Shown one piece after another: positions 1 through 7,749 of a DNA stretch of 64,000 nt (within the stretch, counting starts at the first letter, position 1; every line of letters starts with the position of its first letter). This DNA is from a candidate division WWE3 bacterium UBA1401 (GTDB lineage: Bacteria; Patescibacteriota; WWE3; UBA101185; UBA10185). The stretch is from positions 10,286 to 74,285 of the forward strand of contig DBQF01000001.1 in the NCBI GenBank assembly GCA_002305115.1, written 5' to 3'. Below the pieces are notes generated by a model. That model was not told the DNA's origin. It worked only from the letters and a program-made list of their open reading frames with translations, and searched no databases. Position numbers and translations under genes: made by a program.

Positions 1-1
1 G

Positions 2-466
2 TTAAGACATTTCCATAACATTTTAACAGCCACGGGAAAACTTAAAGGATTTCACGTTCAACCTTTTGCAGATTTACAAAAAAAAGTAGAACTATTTAGG
101 GATGAAGCATATTTACTTGTAGCAAAGACTTCAAAGGGAGAAACAGCAGGAGCTAATTTTTATCTAGGCTTTAACAAAAACATCTGGTTTATTCACGGGG
201 GCACAACAGAAGTAGGGCGAAAAGGTAAAGAAGGCTACCAGCTAGTATGGCAATCGTTTGATTTCTTTAAAAAGCGGGGGTATGAAATATTAGATCTGGA
301 AGGTAAAGATGACCCCAGATACCCTAACTTCACGGGAACTTGGGGCGGCTTTGCCCATTTCAAAGAAAAATTTGGCGGAGTAAGTGTGCAGTATCCAGCC
401 CCTAAAGCAAGAGTGTTTAACCCGCTGTTGAAAAAGGTACTGCAGTTTAACAAAATGGCTATTTAG
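2..466 (+). CDS. FemAB-family peptidoglycan bridge-forming transferase, C-terminal fragment (5' end outside window)
   Basis: Frame 2 is open from the window edge to TAG at 464-466; it is absent from the ORF track because it has no start. The translation ...NIWFIHGGTTEVGRKGKEGYQLVWQSFDFFKKRGYEILDLEG...GGFAHFKEKFGG resembles the C-terminal region of FemA/FemB/FemX-type enzymes. Confidence 0.5.
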   Translation, partial: LRHFHNILTATGKLKGFHVQPFADLQKKVELFRDEAYLLVAKTSKGETAGANFYLGFNKNIWFIHGGTTEVGRKGKEGYQLVWQSFDFFKKRGYEILDLEGKDDPRYPNFTGTWGGFAHFKEKFGGVSVQYPAPKARVFNPLLKKVLQFNKMAI

Positions 467-3315
467 CCTTCCCAAGCAAAGGGGCAAATACCTTTGTAGT
501 CACACCAACTACATTGCCACCCCGGATTAGCTTCGAATTTACCCAATTTAATGTCTTCCAAAATGCTTGCTACTTCTTCTTTAGTATCTTCCAGCTTATC
601 GGGTGTACGCACTGTACTAACTTTTTGATTTTCTTCCAAAAAGTAAAACGTTAGTTTTTTTGGCTTATACTTAAGTGCTTCCAATACTCCAATAGCATAA
701 AAGTCCATCTGGTCATCATTATCTACATCTTTTTGCGATTTGGCACTACCTGTTTTGTAATCTATTATTTCCACACCATCTTCAAAAGGTACAATACGGT
801 CTATTCGACCATAAAACTTACTTCCTCCAATACGAATGTTAAAAGATTTTTCCAGCCCCAGCGATTTCTGAGATTTATCAACACTGTTAAAATAGTTGCG
901 GAGCATTTCTTTTCCACTTTCAAACCTGTGTTGCCTATGCTCTTCATTTAGGTATCCTAATGGTTGCCAATTCTTTGCATAAATTTCATAAAGGGCTTCT
1001 AAAGAAACGTCTTCAAACATAAGCCTGGAGTGAAAATCTTTGAGTGTTTCGTGGATAGTAATACCAAAGCTTAGTGCGTGATTTGGCGGTGTAGGAATAT
1101 TTAAAATGTATGCATATTTGTACTGCAACGGACAGCCTTTATACATAGAAATCTGTGTGTAGCTAAGGAAACTTGGAAAAAAGTTGTCTGTTTTTTGTAC
1201 TGTTGTTTCTCTAAATTTAGTTGAAACACCAAACAACCCTTGCTGGCTGGTACCTTTTCTGACATCATCAATATTAACTTCTTCAATTTTTAAGCCTGTT
1301 TCAGTTAGAAAGCCGCTTGGTGTACTATCTCGGAAGCCACCATAGTTATTAGCAAAAGTTAAGTATAAATATTTTTTAGCGCGGGTTAAACCTACATAAA
1401 AAAGCCTGCGTTCTTCTTGAATATGCGCATCGCCACTGGGCAGGGCTTCTTTAATCAGCTCTTCCGGAATCTCAATAGGATCACTTCTGTTTCTTGTTGG
1501 GAATCTGCTGGAAATTAAATCAACCATAAAAACTACCGGAAATTCCAACCCCTTAGAAGCATGTACTGTCAGAAGTTTTACAGTATCAACATCTTCAATT
1601 TCCGCCTGGGCAGGGTTATCACCTGCTTCAAGCATGAGTTCTAAGTAGTCCAGCAGTTCTACAAGAGTAGGAAGTTCATTAGTATCTTTTCTAAATTTGA
1701 CCTCGAATTGTTTAATACCGTTTAGGAATAAATCCATGTTTCTTACACTGAGTTCGTTTTCAATGGTGTCTGTTTTGAGAAACTGGTCAAGATAATTAAT
1801 AGAATTAACTAATTCATAAACTATTTCTACCGGAGTTGCTTTGGCTATTTTCTCAGAGAATTTCCCAATTAGCTGGCAGAATTCTTGAATTTTCTCATCA
1901 CGGGAAGCCTTTGTAACAGCCCACAAGCTTTCTTTTTGAACTCTTGCCATAGCAAGAAGGTGACCTACAGACTCTGCAGGAACACCCAAGCAGTCGATAC
2001 TTAGAGCACGGTATAAACTAATAGCATCTTGCGGATTAACCAATACTTTTAGTAGCGCTAAAACATCCCTAACTTCGTCTCTATCATATAAACCTCTATT
2101 TCCAACAAGCTGATATGGCACACCGTATTTGCGCAGGGCCAGGATAAATGGATCTAAATGGTTGTTGGCACGGGCTAGAATAGCGATGTCTTTGTATGTA
2201 AAACCGGGCTCTTTGGCTAAGATATTCAACAAGGTTAATACTACAAACTCTACTTCAGCTTCAGCATCAGCAAGCTTAATGATTTTTGGTGGTACATCTG
2301 CATCGATCACTTGGCTTTCAAGTTGTTTGGAAATACCAAGCTTAGATTCTAAGCTATCAGGATTATTGTTCTTAACAACTTTATAGCTGGCGTCTAGAAT
2401 TTTCTGGCCGGAGCGGTAGTTTTTCAGCAAAGTTACCATCGCAAAATCTGGATAGTCTTTCTGGAATTCTAAAATATTGGAAACTGCGGCACCTCTGAAC
2501 TTGTAAATAGACTGAGAATCATCACCTACAACAACCAAACTGCGGTCACCCATATCTTGCGGACATAACAGCTTAATAAGTTCATATTGCGCATAGTTAG
2601 TGTCTTGAAATTCGTCAACTAAAACATGCTTAAACTGGGTTTGGTACTTTTTCGAAATAGCCGGGCGGGTCTTGAAAAGTTGAATCGCCCAAACTATTAA
2701 GTCACCAAAATCCATTTTGGAATTTTTTATTTTGAGTTCTGTATATCTTTCATAAGTATCAGCAAGTTCCTGCCATCTGTCCATATCTTCAAGAGTAGTG
2801 TTTTCCACAAAACCCTTAAGTTCTTCCGGAGAAATATTTTCATCTTGCAATCTTGAGATAAATTTCAAAATAGCCGAAATAAACTTTGTGGGGTTACCTA
2901 ACGGACGGTAATAATCCAGGTTAAACTCAAACAAATTTTGTCTGAATAACAACCATTGCTGAGGATAGCTTAAGATTTCGTAGGAGGTGTCTAGCCCAAT
3001 TTCCAAACCCTCTTCTCTAAGTAACCTATCTGCAAAGGAGTGGAAGGTATAAACCCAAGGCTCTTCGTAACCCAAGGGCAAGGCAGTATCAATACGGGAA
3101 AGCATTTCTTCCGAAGCTTTTTCTGTGAACGTAAGGGCAAGTAGCTCGCTTGGGGCTACTTTTCGCTTTTCTACAAGGTATTTAATTCTTTCGGTTATTA
3201 CTCTAGTTTTACCGGTGCCTGCGCCTGCAACTACGAGAAGAGGGCCACTTTCGTGTTGTATTGCCTTTTTCTGATCATCGTTGATAAGGATTTTCTCTGC
3301 CATAGGCCAGGACAT
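463..3315 (-). CDS. UvrD/PcrA-family superfamily-1 helicase fused to a C-terminal PD-(D/E)XK (Cas4/AddB-like) nuclease with a 4-Cys cluster
   Basis: 950 aa. Walker A is AGAGTGKT, with helicase motifs DEFQDTN, VGDDSQSIYKFRGA, TVHASKGLEF and YVGLTRAK. The C-terminus has GRIDRI...IIDYKTG plus Cys in YKGCPLQY and CSWCDYKGIC. Confidence 0.85.
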   Translation of the reverse strand: MSWPMAEKILINDDQKKAIQHESGPLLVVAGAGTGKTRVITERIKYLVEKRKVAPSELLALTFTEKASEEMLSRIDTALPLGYEEPWVYTFHSFADRLLREEGLEIGLDTSYEILSYPQQWLLFRQNLFEFNLDYYRPLGNPTKFISAILKFISRLQDENISPEELKGFVENTTLEDMDRWQELADTYERYTELKIKNSKMDFGDLIVWAIQLFKTRPAISKKYQTQFKHVLVDEFQDTNYAQYELIKLLCPQDMGDRSLVVVGDDSQSIYKFRGAAVSNILEFQKDYPDFAMVTLLKNYRSGQKILDASYKVVKNNNPDSLESKLGISKQLESQVIDADVPPKIIKLADAEAEVEFVVLTLLNILAKEPGFTYKDIAILARANNHLDPFILALRKYGVPYQLVGNRGLYDRDEVRDVLALLKVLVNPQDAISLYRALSIDCLGVPAESVGHLLAMARVQKESLWAVTKASRDEKIQEFCQLIGKFSEKIAKATPVEIVYELVNSINYLDQFLKTDTIENELSVRNMDLFLNGIKQFEVKFRKDTNELPTLVELLDYLELMLEAGDNPAQAEIEDVDTVKLLTVHASKGLEFPVVFMVDLISSRFPTRNRSDPIEIPEELIKEALPSGDAHIQEERRLFYVGLTRAKKYLYLTFANNYGGFRDSTPSGFLTETGLKIEEVNIDDVRKGTSQQGLFGVSTKFRETTVQKTDNFFPSFLSYTQISMYKGCPLQYKYAYILNIPTPPNHALSFGITIHETLKDFHSRLMFEDVSLEALYEIYAKNWQPLGYLNEEHRQHRFESGKEMLRNYFNSVDKSQKSLGLEKSFNIRIGGSKFYGRIDRIVPFEDGVEIIDYKTGSAKSQKDVDNDDQMDFYAIGVLEALKYKPKKLTFYFLEENQKVSTVRTPDKLEDTKEEVASILEDIKLGKFEANPGWQCSWCDYKGICPFAWEG

Positions 3316-3323
3316 TATAACAA

Positions 3324-3352
3324 CTAACTGCCAACCCTCCTACGTTGCAGTT
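3324..3352. repeat. 29-nt repeat copy A (CTAACTGCCAACCCTCCTACGTTGCAGTT)
   Basis: Identical to 5441-5469 in the same orientation. It has internal inverted arms AACTGC/GCAGTT around a 15-nt loop containing CCCTCC. Confidence 0.9.
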
Positions 3353-3353
3353 A

Positions 3354-3541
3354 CCCAGGACCGTCCTCAAGAAATTCATGTTTGTTGTTGCAGTATGGGC
3401 ATCTGGAGGGAAGTTATCGAGGACCGTCCTCAAAATTTGCTCCAAACACTAGCATAATTAGTCTTTACGGCAACAAAAAGCACAGTTGGCATAGTGGGAC
3501 GGTCCCGGGTTTGACCTGGGTTTGAAGAATTAGTGTATTAT
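3354..3541 (+). promoter_or_regulatory. Intergenic module R1: three GGAC-N-GTCC palindromes plus a -10-like TGTATTAT box just upstream of the 3549 ATG
   Basis: Palindromes are centred at 3361, 3425 and 3501. The module aligns by eye with 14168-14400 and shares the 17-mer GAGGACCGTCCTCAAAA. TTGACC lies at 3511-3516 and TATTAT at 3536-3541, 7 nt before the ATG. Confidence 0.55.
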
Positions 3542-3548
3542 TTAAGTT

Positions 3549-4211
3549 ATGAATGAGATTGGCGAGCAGCCAGAACACCTAACATTCAAGACTCCCAACT
3601 TGAAGACTATTTGGATAACTTTAGGGGGCTTGTGTGTTGTAGCAATGGGCTTAGGTAGCTATATGTTACTTACAGTTGAAAAAGAACCAACAAGTAATGT
3701 AACACAAACAGTAGCACCAACTACAGAACCCGCCGCCAACTTTATGCGAGAACCCGAAAACCATGTCTCTATTACAAAGACTAGTGACACTTTTGATACC
3801 TATACAAATGAAGGATTTAAAATAGCAATTTCCTATCCAAATACCTGGCAAGCAGAGCTTTATCACGATCAGGGTATTTTCCTGACACCAAAAGAGGAGC
3901 ATGAAATCGGAATCACTATATATAGGGTTACGGGATTTGGTTACTGTTATAAATATGCAGAACCAGTAGAATTCACCATACAAGACAGAGTGGCAAAAAT
4001 GGCAGACGGTATTGGTGGTACAACGTTTTGCGAGAATCAAGATGTAGATATGACTAACAAAGGTAATACCTATGTATTAGTTCCCGTAGAAAAAGACAGC
4101 AAGTTACATCCTCCCTACAAAGTACATATAATGGCTTATTACCCACTAGACGAAATCGATGAAGCAAAGGAATATTTATCGCAGGTTCTTGATAATTTAG
4201 TATTTTATTAA
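3549..4211 (+). CDS. hypothetical N-terminally membrane-anchored protein
   Basis: 220-aa ORF with one N-terminal TM helix (IWITLGGLCVVAMGLGSYMLL). I recognise no family. The antisense ORF 3666..4040 looks non-coding. Confidence 0.6.
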   Translation: MNEIGEQPEHLTFKTPNLKTIWITLGGLCVVAMGLGSYMLLTVEKEPTSNVTQTVAPTTEPAANFMREPENHVSITKTSDTFDTYTNEGFKIAISYPNTWQAELYHDQGIFLTPKEEHEIGITIYRVTGFGYCYKYAEPVEFTIQDRVAKMADGIGGTTFCENQDVDMTNKGNTYVLVPVEKDSKLHPPYKVHIMAYYPLDEIDEAKEYLSQVLDNLVFY

Positions 4212-4241
4212 ATGCTAAGGGAAGTCTATATAATTTAACTA

Positions 4242-5438
4242 ATGAAATTCTTACCACTCATAAAAGTTTACTGGCAGCACATACTTGTAACTTTCACCAT
4301 AACTACAGGAATCTTTTGGGCAATATACTTCACTTTCTACCTACCAAAAGCTAATCTTCCAACAAACACTACAACACAAACTGCGCAAAACGCAGAAAGT
4401 GAAGGGAAACAAGAAGAACCAATAGTAATACCACCCACACCGGAAACTTATTCAAAAACAAAAGTGCTGACTTTGAAATATGGGGATGGGGAAAAAGAAA
4501 TTGCCACTAAAACCAGACAGTACACCAATATTATAGGCACATATAAGGAAGAAGTTGTCGAGGTATACGATGGGCTCTCCTATAGCATAAGCTCTGACGG
4601 AAACATATATCTGCTCGATGGGCTTACAGGAACTGTCTATATATATGATAAAAACGGCATCTACAAAAATAGCTTTGTTATAGATGAGGGAAATGAAAAA
4701 GAAATAGACCAAGGGCTTCCTTACGGGCATAGTGAAAAAAAGTATGCACTACGAAGCATTCTAGTTGATAAAGATGATATATATATTTACAAGCTCGTTA
4801 ATATACAAAATGTCGAAGATTATAAGCAGACTCAGGGAATTATTCTGCACTATACAACAGCAGGAAAATATATTGAAACCATAGACATACCTGATGAAAT
4901 AGAATTTGGATCAATAGCTGGAGGCCCTAGAACTTATTTTGTAGCGGGGGCGCCATTAAAGATGAGCAAAAAGGGGAACCTTATGATAACGGGCTGTACT
5001 CAAGCATATACTTCTTACAATGTGTCTGTTAACAATGTAGAAGAGCCGCAAGGTTTTTTCGAGAACAGAGAAGAAGAATATTACGAATTTTTCATGATGG
5101 GATGCAGTGCATTTTGGGAATTTTCTAATGTCTGCCCCAATGGGTTGAGTACACAGTGGTGTAATTGTATGGGTATGGTAAATGGATTCGAAGATAGTAA
5201 AGGTAATTTTTATAATTGGACTATTAAGGAAACCTCTTCAGAACCGCATATTCTGATACAAAGCGGTGTAGTAAAGATAAATAAGGAACAAGAGGTATTG
5301 GCTTATATTGATTTACTGGAGCTAAGTGACACAACTGGTAATATCGATAATCCAAGAGCAACTGAAAATGGAGAGGTGTATGTGATGGTAAAGGAAGATG
5401 ATGGAAAGAGTTTGTATAGGTATACGGTTAACAACTGA
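4242..5438 (+). CDS. hypothetical N-terminally membrane-anchored protein
   Basis: 398-aa ORF with an N-terminal TM helix followed by a Thr/Gln-rich linker. TATAAT at 4229-4234 lies 7 nt before the ATG. I recognise no family. Confidence 0.6.
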   Translation: MKFLPLIKVYWQHILVTFTITTGIFWAIYFTFYLPKANLPTNTTTQTAQNAESEGKQEEPIVIPPTPETYSKTKVLTLKYGDGEKEIATKTRQYTNIIGTYKEEVVEVYDGLSYSISSDGNIYLLDGLTGTVYIYDKNGIYKNSFVIDEGNEKEIDQGLPYGHSEKKYALRSILVDKDDIYIYKLVNIQNVEDYKQTQGIILHYTTAGKYIETIDIPDEIEFGSIAGGPRTYFVAGAPLKMSKKGNLMITGCTQAYTSYNVSVNNVEEPQGFFENREEEYYEFFMMGCSAFWEFSNVCPNGLSTQWCNCMGMVNGFEDSKGNFYNWTIKETSSEPHILIQSGVVKINKEQEVLAYIDLLELSDTTGNIDNPRATENGEVYVMVKEDDGKSLYRYTVNN

Positions 5439-5440
5439 CT

Positions 5441-5469
5441 CCTAACTGCCAACCCTCCTACGTTGCAGT
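5441..5469. repeat. 29-nt repeat copy B (identical to 3324-3352)
   Basis: Perfect 29/29 match in direct orientation, starting 3 nt after the stop of 4242..5438. Confidence 0.9.
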
Positions 5470-5495
5470 TTCTCATAACACCTCTCCCCCTTAAT

Positions 5496-5527
5496 CCCCC
5501 TCTCCATGAATGCCCATGGAGAGGGGG
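5496..5527. other. Perfect 13-bp GC-rich hairpin (CCCCCTCTCCATG-aatgcc-CATGGAGAGGGGG)
   Basis: The inverted repeat is read directly from the sequence. No U-tract follows on either strand, so it is REP-like rather than a classical terminator. Confidence 0.7.
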
Positions 5528-5580
5528 AAAGGCTGCCGCAGGAAGACAGGGGGTGAGGTCAAACCCCCTCTTTACTCACC

Positions 5581-5609
5581 TGCCGCTATAGGGTATAATC
5601 CCACCAACA
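5581..5609 (+). promoter_or_regulatory. Candidate sigma70-type promoter (TTTACT-N17-TATAAT)
   Basis: The -35-like box is at 5581-5586 and a perfect TATAAT at 5604-5609 with a 17-nt spacer. It lies upstream of the SD-preceded ORF at 5639. Confidence 0.4.
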
Positions 5610-5638
5610 TCACAATAACACCTAGAGGAGTCAAAATC

Positions 5639-5836
5639 ATGGATCATTCAAGTAAGGTTACGCTTAACGTCCTCGTCATAGTAGGAACCATAGGGTTCCT
5701 GGCAATAGTTCCCACTAAGTTGCTCTTTAGCGGACGGGAATTCCTCGTACCGCTATGCGTATGGCTTGCGTGCCATGCGATCGCCGCTGTTGGCTACTAC
5801 ATAGCCACGGCTCCGGAAGCACCAAATCACAACTGA
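5639..5836 (+). CDS. small hypothetical membrane protein
   Basis: This is an internal start of track ORF 5510..5836. GAGGAG lies 8 nt upstream of the ATG at 5639. Two predicted TM segments. The upstream part of the ORF runs through the hairpin repeat. Confidence 0.4.
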   Translation: MDHSSKVTLNVLVIVGTIGFLAIVPTKLLFSGREFLVPLCVWLACHAIAAVGYYIATAPEAPNHN

Positions 5837-5846
5837 AGGAGGAGAC

Positions 5847-6227
5847 ATGAAAAAGTACAGGTCAGTATTCTGGGTCTTCGTGGCGGTACTTCTGGCCGGT
5901 GGATCACTTTCCCTATTCTCTGGAAAAAATGAAGGTCTTTTCGGAATAGGGGTTGTAACTAGCTTGTTCGGGCTGGGCTTCACTCCACTCTTCTGGGGCC
6001 TCACCTATAACCCGAAACTGCTGGAAAAAGTGATCGGAAGCCTCATCAAAGGCGGCTACATCGCCCGCCCAGGGGTACTTCTGGCATTTGTCGGAACAGT
6101 CACATACCGGCTAGCACAATACGTGACTAGCTCGCTGCCAGAATTCCACCAGAAGCTGGTGACCCTCATAGTAACGTTATGCGTACTGATTGTGGGGGTT
6201 TACTACCTGGGCAGAAAGAAAGAGTGA
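5847..6227 (+). CDS. hypothetical membrane protein
   Basis: 126 aa with about 4 hydrophobic helices. A strong SD (GAAGGAGGAG) sits directly upstream. Visibly G+C-richer than its neighbours. Confidence 0.5.
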   Translation: MKKYRSVFWVFVAVLLAGGSLSLFSGKNEGLFGIGVVTSLFGLGFTPLFWGLTYNPKLLEKVIGSLIKGGYIARPGVLLAFVGTVTYRLAQYVTSSLPEFHQKLVTLIVTLCVLIVGVYYLGRKKE

Positions 6228-6257
6228 CGGCAAACAGGCTCCATGTTGAGTGAAAAA

Positions 6258-7295
6258 CTACTCAATAAGGGGCCTGTCTTCTTTTTGGCCCAAAGCCGAA
6301 ACCCCCTCAATCTTCCCAAAAAGCTTGCCAAACTTCGAAGTAACATTATCCATAGACTTATACGAATTCGAAATATGCCTTCCCAACACACCTAATTCTT
6401 CTTCAAACTTACTCGCTTCCATCTTGATTCCAGATAAAGACTGTAAAATCTCCTTCGCGTGCTTTTCCAGTTCATGCTGCTGATACGCCACCATAATCAC
6501 CTTCAAAAAATAACACAATGTATTTGGCGAAGTGACAACAATATTTTTCTGCTTGGCATACTCTTCCACCTGTGGAGCATTTACAATAAGCTCATAGAAC
6601 ACATTCTCAGACGGAATATACATAACCGCCTGACCGGTAGTGCCTTCTTCCGGCAAAATATACTTCCCGGAAATCTCATCAATGCGCTTTTTCACATCAG
6701 ACAAAAATACCTTTCTGGCTTTTTCCCTAGTAACTTCGTCAGCCGAATCTAACATAGCCTTAAAATTTTCCATGGGAAATTTTGAATCTATTGGAATAAT
6801 ACCCTTATCGGTATACACTATGGCGTCACACGTTTCACCATTCTTAAATTTAAATTGAGTTTTATATAAATGGTTTGGCAAAAAATTAGCTAAAATCTCA
6901 TATAAGAATTGTTCGCCCAACCCGCCCCGCAATTTTGGAGACTTTAGAATATTACTCAAATCCTTCATGTCATTACCAAATTCCTGTAAACCTCCCAATT
7001 GCTTTTGCACCTGCCTAACCACATCCATAGAATTATCAAGCCTTTCCCAAATAAGTTTGGTCTGCTGGTTCATGGCCTGGCGCTGGGTAGCAAGCTGCCT
7101 TTCCAAAGTATCTGTGTTTTTATCCATAGAAGATTTCATATCCTTAAGCCATTCCATCAAGACATTCTGGCCCTCACTTTCTTTAGATAGGTCTTGTTTA
7201 AATTTTGATAACTGTCTGGAAAAAAAATAAGCGGCTAATCCAAGGGGTACAACAACTGCAAGCGCAACAATAAGAAAAGTTTCTATAGAAATCAT
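6258..7295 (-). CDS. rmuC: DNA recombination protein RmuC
   Basis: 345 aa with an N-terminal TM helix, a coiled-coil region, and a C-terminal nuclease-like region (DAIVYTDKGIIPIDSKFP...YIPSE) typical of the RmuC family. Confidence 0.8.
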   Translation of the reverse strand: MISIETFLIVALAVVVPLGLAAYFFSRQLSKFKQDLSKESEGQNVLMEWLKDMKSSMDKNTDTLERQLATQRQAMNQQTKLIWERLDNSMDVVRQVQKQLGGLQEFGNDMKDLSNILKSPKLRGGLGEQFLYEILANFLPNHLYKTQFKFKNGETCDAIVYTDKGIIPIDSKFPMENFKAMLDSADEVTREKARKVFLSDVKKRIDEISGKYILPEEGTTGQAVMYIPSENVFYELIVNAPQVEEYAKQKNIVVTSPNTLCYFLKVIMVAYQQHELEKHAKEILQSLSGIKMEASKFEEELGVLGRHISNSYKSMDNVTSKFGKLFGKIEGVSALGQKEDRPLIE

Positions 7296-7301
7296 ATGGG
7301 T

Positions 7302-7330
7302 ATTCTAACAAATAAATAGAATGATAAAAT
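7302..7330. promoter_or_regulatory. Back-to-back divergent extended -10 boxes (rmuC: TGtTAGAAT; 7339 gene: TGaTAAAAT)
   Basis: On the minus strand TAGAAT (7302-7307) lies 6 nt from the rmuC ATG. On the plus strand TAAAAT (7325-7330) lies 8 nt from the ATG at 7339. Neither gene has an SD. Confidence 0.45.
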
Positions 7331-7338
7331 TTTAACAG

Positions 7339-7698
7339 ATGCCACCATTCATTTATACACTTATACTGATCAATACGTTTTTTTGGTGGTTGTGGTCTAG
7401 AATTCTCTTACATAACCAACCGGATAATGCACTAACTATCGTGCTGTTTTTAGGGCTTTTTCTTGTTGCTATGTCACTAACCATATCCTTACCCCTTTTC
7501 TTCTTCAGAAAAAAAAGCTTCAAGGTCTTTACTAACGAAAAAAAGGCGTACAGGCAAAGTTTGAAAACAGCCTTCTTACTTATATCGGGAATTGTGGGCT
7601 TAATGGCTTTACGGGCGTTTGAAATCATGACCACACTAAACCTAACTCTGTTTATGCTGTTGTACAGCCTTAGCCTGTGGCAAAGCTTTAAAAAGTAA
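7339..7698 (+). CDS. hypothetical membrane protein
   Basis: 119 aa with 3-4 TM helices. An antisense ORF (7353..7718) competes for the locus. I prefer the plus strand because of the promoter geometry and hydrophobic periodicity. Confidence 0.4.
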   Translation: MPPFIYTLILINTFFWWLWSRILLHNQPDNALTIVLFLGLFLVAMSLTISLPLFFFRKKSFKVFTNEKKAYRQSLKTAFLLISGIVGLMALRAFEIMTTLNLTLFMLLYSLSLWQSFKK

Positions 7699-7749
7699 AG
7701 CCATGTATATGCTATCATTAGAGGGTAAAAATTTTATAGGAGGTGTTGT

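Noticed and set aside
3354-3510. The GGACNGTCC repeats considered as a possible mini-CRISPR array
   Set aside because: The repeat core is only ~11-15 nt and palindromic. There are only three copies per locus, at unequal spacing (64 and 76 nt). The sequences between the copies are homologous between the two loci rather than unique spacers. No cas genes are nearby.
3316-3548. Search for tRNA, tmRNA or other classical RNA genes in the larger spacers (3316-3548, 14113-14404, 19884-20064, 56064-56352, 62703-62902)
   Set aside because: I saw no T-loop consensus (GGTTCGAATCC-like) with a matching acceptor stem, and no other recognisable RNA-family signature. Without a covariance-model scan this is only a by-eye negative.
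5510-5638. N-terminal 43 codons of track ORF 5510..5836 (MPMERGKGCRRK...)
   Set aside because: This part translates the GC hairpin repeat and the predicted promoter. An internal ATG at 5639 has a proper SD and begins the hydrophobic protein.
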